Part shown: positions 19,505-28,978 of the stretch, in pieces
Position numbering within the stretch: position 1 is the first letter of the stretch
Layout: every line of letters begins with the position of its first letter
Source: Alphaproteobacteria bacterium
GTDB lineage: Bacteria > Pseudomonadota > Alphaproteobacteria > CALKHQ01
Direction: 5' to 3'
NCBI GenBank assembly: GCA_965227515.1
Contig: CBDDFZ010000001.1
Coordinates: 3,968,001-4,032,000, forward strand
Length of the DNA: 64,000 bases
Notes under the pieces: model-generated
Seen by the model: only the letters and a program-made list of their open reading frames with translations
What the model was told of the DNA's origin: nothing
The model's database searches: none
Program-made: the position numbers and the translations under genes

Positions 19505-22500
19505 TCACAGCGTGGTTGGACACCTGAAATCCTTCAGTTCCGGCAGCAGGAACGGGTTGCGCACCGTTGCCGCAGTCACTTCGAATGTCACCGACCGTTC
19601 GCCCACCGTCAATGTCGCGTTGACCTTTTCCGGCTGGGCGGTCGCCGTGGTGGTGCCTTCCAGCACATGGAACCACGCCCACGGGCCCTCCACCGTCGTG
19701 CCGTTGGGCTGACCTTCCAGCGAAGGCGTGAACGACAGGTTGACGCCGGCCGGCCCGTCCGGTCCGGGCCACTGGTAATCGGCCGGAATCTGCGGCCCGT
19801 GGCTGTAGCTGAACTGCGGCTGGCCATCGATGGTCAGCAACACGCGGTTGGCGGTCTGCGACAGTTCCACCGGCAGCAGGGTGAATTTGACCAGGGGGGT
19901 CGCACTGCTGCCGAAGAAGACATCGCGGATGGTCGCCGCACGCTCGAATTGCGCCAGGGCCGCCGACGACAGCCCCAGGCTGACGGTGCCTTCCTTCCAT
20001 TTCCAGGGCGACACCGAGATGTCGGCGTGCGGCGCCAGCGATTCGGTGAAGAACTTGTCCAGCAACTGGCCGGGGCCGAAGATGCGCGCGAAATCGTCCA
20101 GGGTGACATCGGCCGGCGCCGTCGCCTCGAACGGGTAGCGCCCGCCGATCGCCGCATCGCATTCCGGCTTGATGGTGGTGAGGTAGCTGTCGCGCAGGTC
20201 GCTGCGCGCGCCGCCGGCACTGGCGCTCTCGGAGCCGGCGATGACCTCGGCAACCAGGCCCGCCACCGGCTCCGGCAACGCCGCACTGCTGCTGTCGAGC
20301 TGCTGTAGCGCCTGGGTCAACTCGGCCGGAATCGTCGACCCGCCGGCACGGGCCGCCGCATTCAGCCCCTGATAGACCGCGCGCATGTCGGACAACACGT
20401 CGTCGATTCCCGGCGGCTGGCCATCGGCGCCGAACACCATGTCGTGCAGGTCCTCGAACTGGTCGTTGACGAACTGGCCCGGCTGCGGCGCGGCATTGGC
20501 GGCCGGCTGGCTGACGCCCGGAATGCCGTCCCCGCCACCGGCATCGCCGCTGCCATCGCCGCTGCCGTCGGCGGCTCCGTTGCCTGCCGCCGCGCCATCG
20601 CCGCTGGCGCCGTCCGCCGGGGCCGGCGCCGGGCGCACCAGCATGGTCTGGTTGGCCACCGAGGTCAGGAACTCCTTCAACGGCGAGCCCGCGCCCGACA
20701 ACACGTTCAGCACGTCACGCGCATCGTCCAGGTTGGTGATCGGGCGCACCGCCACGTCGTTCAGCAACTGGTCCCACTTGAACACGTAGTCGTCGACGTA
20801 GAGGCCGATCACGTCGTCCTTGAAGCCGTCGAGCAGGGCCTGGGTGGTGGCGTCCGGCGCGTCGTCGATGAAGACGAAGCTCTCCGCGGCGATCTCCTGG
20901 GCAATGCGGTCGAGCGCCGGCAGCAGAACGTTGTGAAAGCCCTCGTAGGTGTAGAAGCCCTCGATGCCGGACCGCAGCGTCGCGCCCGAACGGCGCACCA
21001 GCACCCGTTCCGGCGACGCCCCGGCGTTGTCCGAAATCCGCCACTCGCGAATGTTGCGGGCGGCCGCACTGCCGCGGATCGAGTCATAGGTGGCGCCGGC
21101 CAGCCCGGTCAGGTCCAGGTTCGGCCGTGCCGCCTGCACCAGCCCCTCGTCCAGGGTGAAGTTGAAGCTGAGGCCCAGCGGGTCGTTCAGCAGCGCGTCC
21201 AGATGGGTCTGCAGATGGCTGCGCAGGGTGGCGTTGTCGTCGCCGGGATAGAGGTCCGCCCAGTCCGATTGCATCAGCCGCTCGATCTGATCCGGGACGA
21301 GCGTGCCGCGCCCGCCCAACATCAGGTAGGCGCGCATGTAGCGGTAAAGGTTCTCTTCGTTGTCCAGATTGTCGCGGATCTTGTCTTCCAGGTGCAGGAA
21401 CAGGCGCGGCGCCAGCAGGTTGTTGAGCGCTCGGCGATACGACGCATTGGCCGCCGTGCCGAGCTTCTCGCCCTGGTAGAGGCCGAAGGTGTATTCCAGC
21501 GGCGGGTCGTCCAGCGGATCGCCGACGGCACCGGGCAGGCCGCGCACGATGTCCAGCAGCGGCGAGACCTTGGCGAAGTCGGTGTCGCTGACAGCTTCGG
21601 TCTCCACGTCGGCCAAGCCGGCGTTGTAGCGCTCGACCCCTTCCTCGGCCTCCTCCACCAGCTCCATGTTGTTGAAGTAGCTCCACGTCCAGCCGCCCAG
21701 CACCGCCAGCGTTAACAGCGCCAGCGTGGCGTAACCGGTGCGGCGCACCCAGACCCGCCGCTTCTCGCGCGCCGGTTCCACGCTGGCCAGCTCGGCCTCC
21801 GGGAACGCCACATTGCGCAACAGCCGGGTGACGAAGTAGCTGCGGCCGCCGCCGCTGAACGCCGGCAGCGCGCTACGGCTGACCCCGAACCGGGTGGCGA
21901 GCGCGCCCATCATGCGGTCGATGGGGGTGCCTTCCTGGGTGCCGCTGGTGAAGTAGACACCGCGCAGCAGCGGCTTCTCCTCAAACTGGCTGGGGCGGAA
22001 CACCGCGTCCAGGAAGTCCTGCAGCAGGTCGCGCAGGGAGGCCATCTGGCTGGGGAAGCCATAGATCAGCGCCCGGCGCTGAACGTCGATCTGACGATGG
22101 ACCTTGTCGAGCAGCCGGTCGTTCAACCGCTCCATCAACAGGTCGTACTCGCGGTTGAAGGTGGCCGCCGTGCCCTCCGCCGCGCGGTCGTTGTTGCCCA
22201 GCGGGAAGGTCATGCCCCAGACCTGCTGGCGCTCCTCGCGCCCCAACTCGTCGAAGAACTCGATGAAGCCGGCGATCAGGTCGCACTTGGTGAACAGCAC
22301 ATAGATCGGGAAGCGCAGCTTGAAGCGGGCGTGCAGCTCATTGATGCGGGCACGGATAATACCGGCGTGCTCGGCCCGCTCCTCCTCCGACATCGCCATC
22401 ACCTCGTTGATGGCGAAGACGATGAAGACGCCGTTGATCGGCCGGCGCGGCCGGTTGCGGCGCAACAGGTCGAGGAACCCGCCCCATGCCGCCTGGTCGA

Positions 22501-23110
22501 CCCCGGCGCGCGCATCCTGGGTGGTGTAGCGCCCGGCGGTGTCGATCAGCACCGCCTCGTCGGTGAACCACCAGTCGCAGTTGCGGGTGCCGCCGACGCC
22601 GCGCACCGCCTCGTTGCCGAGCTGGTCCTGCAGCACGAACCGCAGGCCGGACTTGACCAGGGCCGTCGTCTTGCCGGAACCCGGCGGGCCGATCAGCATG
22701 TACCACGGCAACTGGTAGAGGTAGCGCCGGCCGAAGCCGCGGCCGAACTTGGCCTTCTTCAGCAGCACCATCGCCTGGCGCATGCGGTCGCGCAGGGTCA
22801 GCACCTCCTGCGCCGAAAGCTCGGCCTCCTCCGCCGACGCCTGGGCATCGGCGGCGGTGTCCAGTTCCTCCACGATCATCGAGTTGCGCCGCTGCGCCCG
22901 GACCAGCGAGACGAACACCACGATGATGAAGATGACGAGGATGACCAGAACCGCGATCAGGCGGTTGGTCAGGTCCTCCAGCGGATAGGAGTCGCCGATC
23001 GGCACGTAGCGCAGCACGTACCAGACAAGCAGGCACGCCAGGATCACGCCGATGACCGACCAGAACCACGGCCACTTGATCAGCCGCACCAGTGCCGACA
23101 GCACCTTCAT
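19505..23110 (-). CDS. tssM: T6SS membrane subunit TssM/IcmF
   Basis: YLYQLPWY, GPPGSGKT, NCDWWF, IDTAGRY, RGVYFTSGTQEG, GRYPF. Confidence 0.95.
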   Translation of the reverse strand: MKVLSALVRLIKWPWFWSVIGVILACLLVWYVLRYVPIGDSYPLEDLTNRLIAVLVILVIFIIVVFVSLVRAQRRNSMIVEELDTAADAQASAEEAELSAQEVLTLRDRMRQAMVLLKKAKFGRGFGRRYLYQLPWYMLIGPPGSGKTTALVKSGLRFVLQDQLGNEAVRGVGGTRNCDWWFTDEAVLIDTAGRYTTQDARAGVDQAAWGGFLDLLRRNRPRRPINGVFIVFAINEVMAMSEEERAEHAGIIRARINELHARFKLRFPIYVLFTKCDLIAGFIEFFDELGREERQQVWGMTFPLGNNDRAAEGTAATFNREYDLLMERLNDRLLDKVHRQIDVQRRALIYGFPSQMASLRDLLQDFLDAVFRPSQFEEKPLLRGVYFTSGTQEGTPIDRMMGALATRFGVSRSALPAFSGGGRSYFVTRLLRNVAFPEAELASVEPAREKRRVWVRRTGYATLALLTLAVLGGWTWSYFNNMELVEEAEEGVERYNAGLADVETEAVSDTDFAKVSPLLDIVRGLPGAVGDPLDDPPLEYTFGLYQGEKLGTAANASYRRALNNLLAPRLFLHLEDKIRDNLDNEENLYRYMRAYLMLGGRGTLVPDQIERLMQSDWADLYPGDDNATLRSHLQTHLDALLNDPLGLSFNFTLDEGLVQAARPNLDLTGLAGATYDSIRGSAAARNIREWRISDNAGASPERVLVRRSGATLRSGIEGFYTYEGFHNVLLPALDRIAQEIAAESFVFIDDAPDATTQALLDGFKDDVIGLYVDDYVFKWDQLLNDVAVRPITNLDDARDVLNVLSGAGSPLKEFLTSVANQTMLVRPAPAPADGASGDGAAAGNGAADGSGDGSGDAGGGDGIPGVSQPAANAAPQPGQFVNDQFEDLHDMVFGADGQPPGIDDVLSDMRAVYQGLNAAARAGGSTIPAELTQALQQLDSSSAALPEPVAGLVAEVIAGSESASAGGARSDLRDSYLTTIKPECDAAIGGRYPFEATAPADVTLDDFARIFGPGQLLDKFFTESLAPHADISVSPWKWKEGTVSLGLSSAALAQFERAATIRDVFFGSSATPLVKFTLLPVELSQTANRVLLTIDGQPQFSYSHGPQIPADYQWPGPDGPAGVNLSFTPSLEGQPNGTTVEGPWAWFHVLEGTTTATAQPEKVNATLTVGERSVTFEVTAATVRNPFLLPELKDFRCPTTL

Positions 23111-24438
23111 CGCGGCGCCACCACTTCAATGTCGACACGGCGGTTCTTGGCCAGATCGGCGGGGGTGGTCGCGTTCTCGACCACCGGGTCGGCGTCGGCC
23201 CGGCCCTCGGCACTCAGCCGGGTCGGGTCCATGTACTCGGCCAGGATGTCGACGACCGAGGTCGCGCGGGCCTGGGACAGCTCGAAGTTGGACGGGAACT
23301 GGATGGTGCGGATCGGCACGCTGTCGGTGTGGCCAACCACCAGGATGTTGCCCTGCACCGTGCCCAGCGCGTCGGCAATGCGCTTCCAGATCGGGTCATC
23401 GTCGTTCGCGACCCGGGCCGACCCGGTGCCGAACATGCCGTCGGTGCCGATGCGGATGGTGACCTTGCGGTCGTCGCCGAACACCTCCACCTGATTGGCC
23501 GCAATCTCCGGCGCCAGGAACTGCTGCAAGGTTTGCAGCGTGGTCGGCGGCGGCGGGGTGTCGGGCACCGCCGGCGTCGGCGACACGGGCGCAGCCGGCG
23601 GCTCCGGCCGGACCAGGGTCACGTCGTCGCGCGGCTCAAGCTGCACGATGCTGCGGAAGGTCGGGTCGGACTCCTCGCCCAGGATCAGGCTGAAGATCCA
23701 GAAGCCGGCGACCAACAGGGCAATCGAGATCAGGATCGCCACCCACAGCGGCACCGGCGCACGTGAGCCGCTGCGCGACGCGGTCACGCCCTCCCAATGC
23801 GGCGACAGCTCGCTCTCGTACTCGCCACGGCGGCGGCGGATCAGCCGGTGCAGCGCGTCGCGGATGCGGGTCAGTTCCGCCGCCCCGTTGGGCAGCACCC
23901 GCAAGCGCCCCTCGAAGCCCAGCGCCAGGCACAGGTACATCAGCTCCAGCGCCGCGAAGTTGCGCTTGGTGTCGCGCTGCATGTGGTCGAGCAGGGTATA
24001 GAACCGGTCGCCGCCCCACGCCTCGCGGTGGAAGGTGGTGACCATGCCCCGCTTCGACCAGTTGCTGGCCCCGCCCCACGGCGTGTTCAGCACCACGTCA
24101 TCGACGGTCGCGCACAGCGCATATTGTCCGGCACCGACCACGCGCGGCTCGATGCCAGCGGCAATCGCGCGCCGGGTGAACTGCTTGATCTCGTCGATCA
24201 GCTGGCGGCGCAGTTCCTCGACATTGGCATGCCGCGCGGTGTTGCGGATGCGGTTGATCAGCGCCAGCAGCGGCGACGCCTCGGTCACCAGGGGGTTGAT
24301 GCCCGGATGGCGCGGCAGCGGTGGGGTCGCCGGCTGGGCCGCGCGCATGCGTTCGGCCGCGCGCCGGCCGCCGGGACTTGGCCGGACGATGGTCGATTCT
24401 GTATCGCCGTAATCGGCGAAGGGGTCGGCCCCGCTCAT
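23107..24438 (-). CDS. tssL: T6SS TssL/DotU fused to an OmpA/MotB peptidoglycan-binding domain
   Basis: YALCATVDDVVLNTPWG, LALGFEGR, TM, GHTDSVPI, NFELSQARA, NRRVDI. Confidence 0.95.
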   Translation of the reverse strand: MSGADPFADYGDTESTIVRPSPGGRRAAERMRAAQPATPPLPRHPGINPLVTEASPLLALINRIRNTARHANVEELRRQLIDEIKQFTRRAIAAGIEPRVVGAGQYALCATVDDVVLNTPWGGASNWSKRGMVTTFHREAWGGDRFYTLLDHMQRDTKRNFAALELMYLCLALGFEGRLRVLPNGAAELTRIRDALHRLIRRRRGEYESELSPHWEGVTASRSGSRAPVPLWVAILISIALLVAGFWIFSLILGEESDPTFRSIVQLEPRDDVTLVRPEPPAAPVSPTPAVPDTPPPPTTLQTLQQFLAPEIAANQVEVFGDDRKVTIRIGTDGMFGTGSARVANDDDPIWKRIADALGTVQGNILVVGHTDSVPIRTIQFPSNFELSQARATSVVDILAEYMDPTRLSAEGRADADPVVENATTPADLAKNRRVDIEVVAPR

Positions 24439-24451
24439 CTAACGGTTCCCG

Positions 24452-25786
24452 TCAGCTCCTGATCGCCCAAAGCTCCATCACCACTTTGGGGAAGTCGCCC
24501 GCCAGGTGGATGGCGATCCCGCCCGATTGCGTCAGTTGCTTCCAATAGGTGCCGGTGCGGTCCAGCTCGAAGTAGCTCGCGCCCGCATTGAAGGGGATTT
24601 GACGCGGCGCCACCGGCAACGGGCTGACCGTGATGCCGGGCAGTGCCGCGTTCACCAGATTGCGGATCTGCTCCACCGGGCCGATCTTCACCTGGGTCGG
24701 GAAGTGGCGGCGGATGCTCTCCGAGGCCGCCTGCGCGCGCACCGACAGCACGAAGCTGGCGCTGGTCAGCAGGCTGCGGTCGGCGATCTGGCCGACGCGG
24801 ATGCCGTACTTGCGCTCCTGCAGAGGGATCTGGATCGCGGAGGTCTCGAACACCGCGCTCAGCGAGCGGCGCAGCGCCGTCATCACCGGGTGGAACGTCG
24901 CCTGCAAGTCCTCGTGATTGTACGCGGGGAAATCCGCCGGGCGCTTGCGTGCCTCGGTGAAGGTGGCGAACTCGCCGGCCATGCTCAGCATGGTGCGATA
25001 GAGCATCTCCGGGTGGACGGTGTCGCTGGCGACCAGATGGCCCAGCAGCGGCTCCTGCCGGTTGACCGACATCAGCAACAGGAAGTCGGCGATCTCCGCC
25101 ACGCCCTTGGTCTCGCCCTCGGCCGCGCGCGCCGCCAATGCCTCGCCGCGCTGGTGCAACAGGCCCTGCAGCTCGGTCAGATAGCCGGCCAGTACCGTGG
25201 ACGCCGATATGTCCATCGACGGCGGCACGTAGGCAGTGTCCAGCTTGATCTTGCGGTCAGCGCCCACTTCCACGATGCGCGCCAGGCCGATGCGCATGTA
25301 CCCGGCGGTCTCCGCGCCCTGTGTGCGGTAGCTGAGGTCGAGCTTGCCAACCTCCAGTTCCGCGACCGCCTCCGACCCCACGACCGCATCCGTCGCCTCG
25401 AACCGGGCGGTGCGGTAGCGGGTGATGGCGTCGTCGTTGTCGGGTGCCGCGTAGTCGTAGCTGCCGGGCTGGCGGGTCGGCAGGCAGAGGTAGACGATCT
25501 GGTCGCGGGTGTTCTCGCTCGGCTCCAGCGGCGTCGGGTGATCGCAGTCCTCGGGAATCGCGAACGGCGTGCCGTCCGGCAGCACGCCGCGGCAGCTGTT
25601 GACGGCGAAGCTGCCCGCCTCCAGCAGTTCGCGGTTGATGCTCAGCTCGCTGACACCCCAGCGATAGGGCGCCATGGCCTGGGTGCGGGCGCGCACCAGG
25701 CGCTCGACATAGCGGTCGAACTGCTGGAAATGCTGCGGGCGGAGGAACATGCCCTCCGACCAGACGACCTTGTTGTCCCAGGACAT
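24452..25786 (-). CDS. tssK: T6SS baseplate TssK
   Basis: KVVWSEGMFLRPQHFQQ, PVAPRQIPF, ELWAIR. Confidence 0.95.
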   Translation of the reverse strand: MSWDNKVVWSEGMFLRPQHFQQFDRYVERLVRARTQAMAPYRWGVSELSINRELLEAGSFAVNSCRGVLPDGTPFAIPEDCDHPTPLEPSENTRDQIVYLCLPTRQPGSYDYAAPDNDDAITRYRTARFEATDAVVGSEAVAELEVGKLDLSYRTQGAETAGYMRIGLARIVEVGADRKIKLDTAYVPPSMDISASTVLAGYLTELQGLLHQRGEALAARAAEGETKGVAEIADFLLLMSVNRQEPLLGHLVASDTVHPEMLYRTMLSMAGEFATFTEARKRPADFPAYNHEDLQATFHPVMTALRRSLSAVFETSAIQIPLQERKYGIRVGQIADRSLLTSASFVLSVRAQAASESIRRHFPTQVKIGPVEQIRNLVNAALPGITVSPLPVAPRQIPFNAGASYFELDRTGTYWKQLTQSGGIAIHLAGDFPKVVMELWAIRS

Positions 25787-25830
25787 CGCGGCGCTATCCG
25801 GCCCTGCCGGCACGTGCGGCCGACGGCAGC

Positions 25831-26541
25831 TCAGCTATTGGAGTCATCGCTTTGGGGCTCCGTCAGTTCGCGGACCGGAATGTCCTGTTCGTCGATCGGA
25901 ATGTCCAGATCCTCCAGTTCCTCCAGGCTGTCGACGACGATCGGCGCCTCCGGGGCCTCGATCTTGATGGAGTTCGACTGCAGCTTGATGGTGACGTCAA
26001 CCGGCTCGCCCGGCACGTGGATCGGTGTGGTGGCCCGGAACTGGGCGTCGTTGATGTTGCGGAACGCGGCCAATACCGCCAGCACGGCCGCATCGTTCGG
26101 CAGCGCGACATTGAGCTCGGTGACATCGCCGGGCGCGATGATGAATTCCTCGCTCGACTTGATGGCGTCGCCCAGCACGTCCTGGTCCTTCTCATAGAGA
26201 TCGAAGAACCCGGCGTCGTTGAAGGCGGTGTCCTCGGTCAACCCGTAGATGCGCACCACCACCGGGGACGGGCGGTTGTTGCGATCCGGGTTCAGGAACG
26301 GCGATGCCGCCACCGCGATGCCGACGGCCGTGGGCGGCGGGTCGGTCGATTCGTCGCCGCCGCACGCGGTGACCGCGACACCGGTTCCGGCGATCAGCAA
26401 TGCGGCGCAACTGCGCGCGATGGCGCGCCGCACGCAGCCAGTCCGGCGACGGGAACCGGCGCGGCCTCGGTCACGCGGGGGGCGCGCCCGAAACCCGTGT
26501 CCGGCTCGGGCAGTTTGGGGCCGGTTGGCAAGGCCGGTCAT
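25831..26541 (-). CDS. tssJ: T6SS outer-membrane lipoprotein TssJ with acidic C-terminal tail
   Basis: Lipobox VTAC; LNPDRNNRPSPVVVRIY; AAFRN. True start probably a downstream GTG. Confidence 0.85.
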   Translation of the reverse strand: MTGLANRPQTARAGHGFRARPPRDRGRAGSRRRTGCVRRAIARSCAALLIAGTGVAVTACGGDESTDPPPTAVGIAVAASPFLNPDRNNRPSPVVVRIYGLTEDTAFNDAGFFDLYEKDQDVLGDAIKSSEEFIIAPGDVTELNVALPNDAAVLAVLAAFRNINDAQFRATTPIHVPGEPVDVTIKLQSNSIKIEAPEAPIVVDSLEELEDLDIPIDEQDIPVRELTEPQSDDSNS

Positions 26542-26553
26542 TGTGCGTCGTGT

Positions 26554-28164
26554 TCACCGAAGTTTCTTTGACTGCTCTTCATACGCTTCTGAGAACTGTT
26601 TCGTAAAGAACTCATGAAACTCGGATTCTGCGTCTCCGGCGATGGACGCATAAAAGTCGCAGAACAATTCCCAGTACTTCGATTTTCGTGCCGCCGGCAA
26701 AAGATTGCCCAGCATCGAGCGTTCTTCCAGCCGCTGCTCCAGGGCCTTGGGGTCGAATTTCTCCAACAGCCGGCGCAGCGCCAAGTGCATGGCGGCCATC
26801 GTCGCCATCTGGTGGGCCTGAATGTCTTGGAATCCCTGGTCCACCGCCTCGGTCGGGCTCAGGAAACCGCCGCCCGGCTGGCGCAGCATGGCGACAACCG
26901 CCTCGTCCTCCGACAGGCCCAGTTTCAGGGGGTTGTTGCTGGTGCGCCCGATCATGGTGCGCGAGACGTCCAGCTCGTCCTTGATCTCGGCGCGGGTCGC
27001 CAGCGCCTCCTGCAGGCCGGCCACCAGCCTGCGAAACACGTGGCCGGCATCCCGCATCAGCTGGATGGCCTGGTCCTCGGACAGCTTCATCCGGCCGAGA
27101 CCCGCACCCTCCAGGAACACACGCAATGCCGCCGCATCGGCAACGCCCCCGCCACCGGCAGACGCCGGCTGCGGCTGCGGTGCCGCCGGGCGCGGCTGAG
27201 CTGGCGGCGCAGGCTGCGCGGGCGGCGGGTCCGACGGTGCCAGGAACGGCGACGCGGTCTCGTCCGGCGGTGCGTCCAGGTCCCCGCCCAAATCCGCGCC
27301 CATGTCCGCGCCCAGATCGTCCAGGTCCCAGTCGTCCGGAATCGCGCCTGCATCCGGCTTCTGCTCAGCCGTGACCTTGGGCGGCGTGAACTGCTGGTTC
27401 TGCGACGGCACGTCGTCGGGCATCGGCGGCTGGTCCCACGCCTCGCCAATCTCGTCGTCGCCGTCGTCGAACGGGTTCAGCCCGCTATCCTGGCCCAGGC
27501 TGCCGGCCTTGGCGTAGAGCGTCCCTTCCGGCCCATGCGGCAGCAACGATTCGCCGCTTTCACGGTCGCCCGCATCGTCGAAGTCGTCCAGCGGCAGCGG
27601 CGGGCCGGATGCGCGATGCTGCGGCGGCGACCCGCCGGAACGCCGCGGCGGGTCGTCGAAGGGATTGACGTCGACCCCCAGGTCCGCGCCGACGTCTTCG
27701 AAATCGTCGTCGTCGCCGATGCCGAACGGATCGTCAGCGGCGGCAGCAGGCTTCGGCGCGCCGCCACCGAAAGGAGACGGCGCCACCATGGTGCTGTCGG
27801 AGTCCGCCGCCCCGGCCGGGACGCCCGCGCCAGCCCCGCTGCCCTCGGCAATCTCAGCCACCAGCTCGTACTCGCCGATGCGCAGGCTGTCGCCCGGGTT
27901 CAGCGCCACCGTCTGGTCGCGGCCCACCCGCTCGGCCGCGCCGTTCATGAACACCCCGTTGGCGCTGGTATCGGTCAGCGTATAGGCACCGCCGCCGCCC
28001 TCGATCCGACAATGCCATTTCGACAATTGGCGCGCGCTGTCGGCCAGCACCAGGTCGTTGTCCGGCGCACGCCCGATGGTGATGCTGCCTTCGTCCAACT
28101 CGACGCTGCTCTCGAACCCGGGCGGGACCGCACCAGGATCGACGATGGATATCCGTAAGGTCAT
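26554..28164 (-). CDS. tagH: T6SS FHA-domain protein TagH/Fha
   Basis: FHA motifs IGR, SKWH, DTSANG; long acidic/Pro-rich linker; C-terminal NNPLK, HQMA, YWELF. Confidence 0.9.
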   Translation of the reverse strand: MTLRISIVDPGAVPPGFESSVELDEGSITIGRAPDNDLVLADSARQLSKWHCRIEGGGGAYTLTDTSANGVFMNGAAERVGRDQTVALNPGDSLRIGEYELVAEIAEGSGAGAGVPAGAADSDSTMVAPSPFGGGAPKPAAAADDPFGIGDDDDFEDVGADLGVDVNPFDDPPRRSGGSPPQHRASGPPLPLDDFDDAGDRESGESLLPHGPEGTLYAKAGSLGQDSGLNPFDDGDDEIGEAWDQPPMPDDVPSQNQQFTPPKVTAEQKPDAGAIPDDWDLDDLGADMGADLGGDLDAPPDETASPFLAPSDPPPAQPAPPAQPRPAAPQPQPASAGGGGVADAAALRVFLEGAGLGRMKLSEDQAIQLMRDAGHVFRRLVAGLQEALATRAEIKDELDVSRTMIGRTSNNPLKLGLSEDEAVVAMLRQPGGGFLSPTEAVDQGFQDIQAHQMATMAAMHLALRRLLEKFDPKALEQRLEERSMLGNLLPAARKSKYWELFCDFYASIAGDAESEFHEFFTKQFSEAYEEQSKKLR

Positions 28165-28382
28165 GGGCGTGTCTGTCCGCTCAATCTAGTGGCCCAGGCG
28201 CCAAAGCGCCCCGCCACGCGCGCGTGCCTGGCTAGGGCGCTCGCCCACCATTGCCGGTCCGGTTTTTCCGGCCAAGGCTGTTCGCAATGTTTCGCACGCA
28301 CTGCGTTCGCGCTGCCAAAATGGGCGCGGTCAGCCATCGGCGTCAACCCTCGCCTCGCGCATGCAAGACATGCCGCGGCGGA

Positions 28383-28964
28383 TCACCCCGATCGCCCGTC
28401 GCCGCCATCCGCGATGTTGGCCGCCTGGGCGAGGAATCGCTTGAATTTCGCCTCCGCCTCCTCGGCCTCGGGCTGAACCGCGGCCAGCATGACCGAACCG
28501 AACACGGCGGTCGCGGTCATGGTCTCGGCGGGCTCCACCGCTGGCAGGTCAGGCTGTGAGATGCTGCCGCCGCTCCAGAACGCGCCGGCCGCGGTCCAAT
28601 GCGCGGCACGATTGAACTCGGTCGCCTCGGCCAGCTCCATTGCCGCACGCCGGTTCTTGTCGGTCGGGCGATAGACCCAGGCTTCGCTCGCCTTGATGAT
28701 CTCGGCGTCGGCGGGGTCCGGCGGCTTCGTCAGCGACTGGCGCGCGCAGGTGCACGCCCACCACACCGCTTCTCGCTTCGGCAGCGCGTAGGCAAACACC
28801 TTCAGCGCGTCCGGCCACATCTCCTCTTCCACCAGCTTGGCGATCAGCGACTTGATCGGCGCCCGTTCGACGATCAGCGGCTTCGCCTCGTCGGAAAAAT
28901 CCGCGACCGCCGCAACGTCGCCGGCGGTATGCATGGTGAACTTCTTCAGGCTGCCGAGCTGCAT
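28383..28964 (-). CDS. DUF6931-like T6SS-associated protein
   Basis: AYALPKREAVWWAC, AWVYRPT, AFWSGGS; directly downstream of vgrG. Confidence 0.7.
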   Translation of the reverse strand: MQLGSLKKFTMHTAGDVAAVADFSDEAKPLIVERAPIKSLIAKLVEEEMWPDALKVFAYALPKREAVWWACTCARQSLTKPPDPADAEIIKASEAWVYRPTDKNRRAAMELAEATEFNRAAHWTAAGAFWSGGSISQPDLPAVEPAETMTATAVFGSVMLAAVQPEAEEAEAKFKRFLAQAANIADGGDGRSG

Positions 28965-28978
28965 GGCGGCTAGTCGTC

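Noticed and set aside
18741-20162. 473-aa extended TagF
   Set aside because: The extension overlaps the tssM 3' end; TagF motifs start at ATG 19499.
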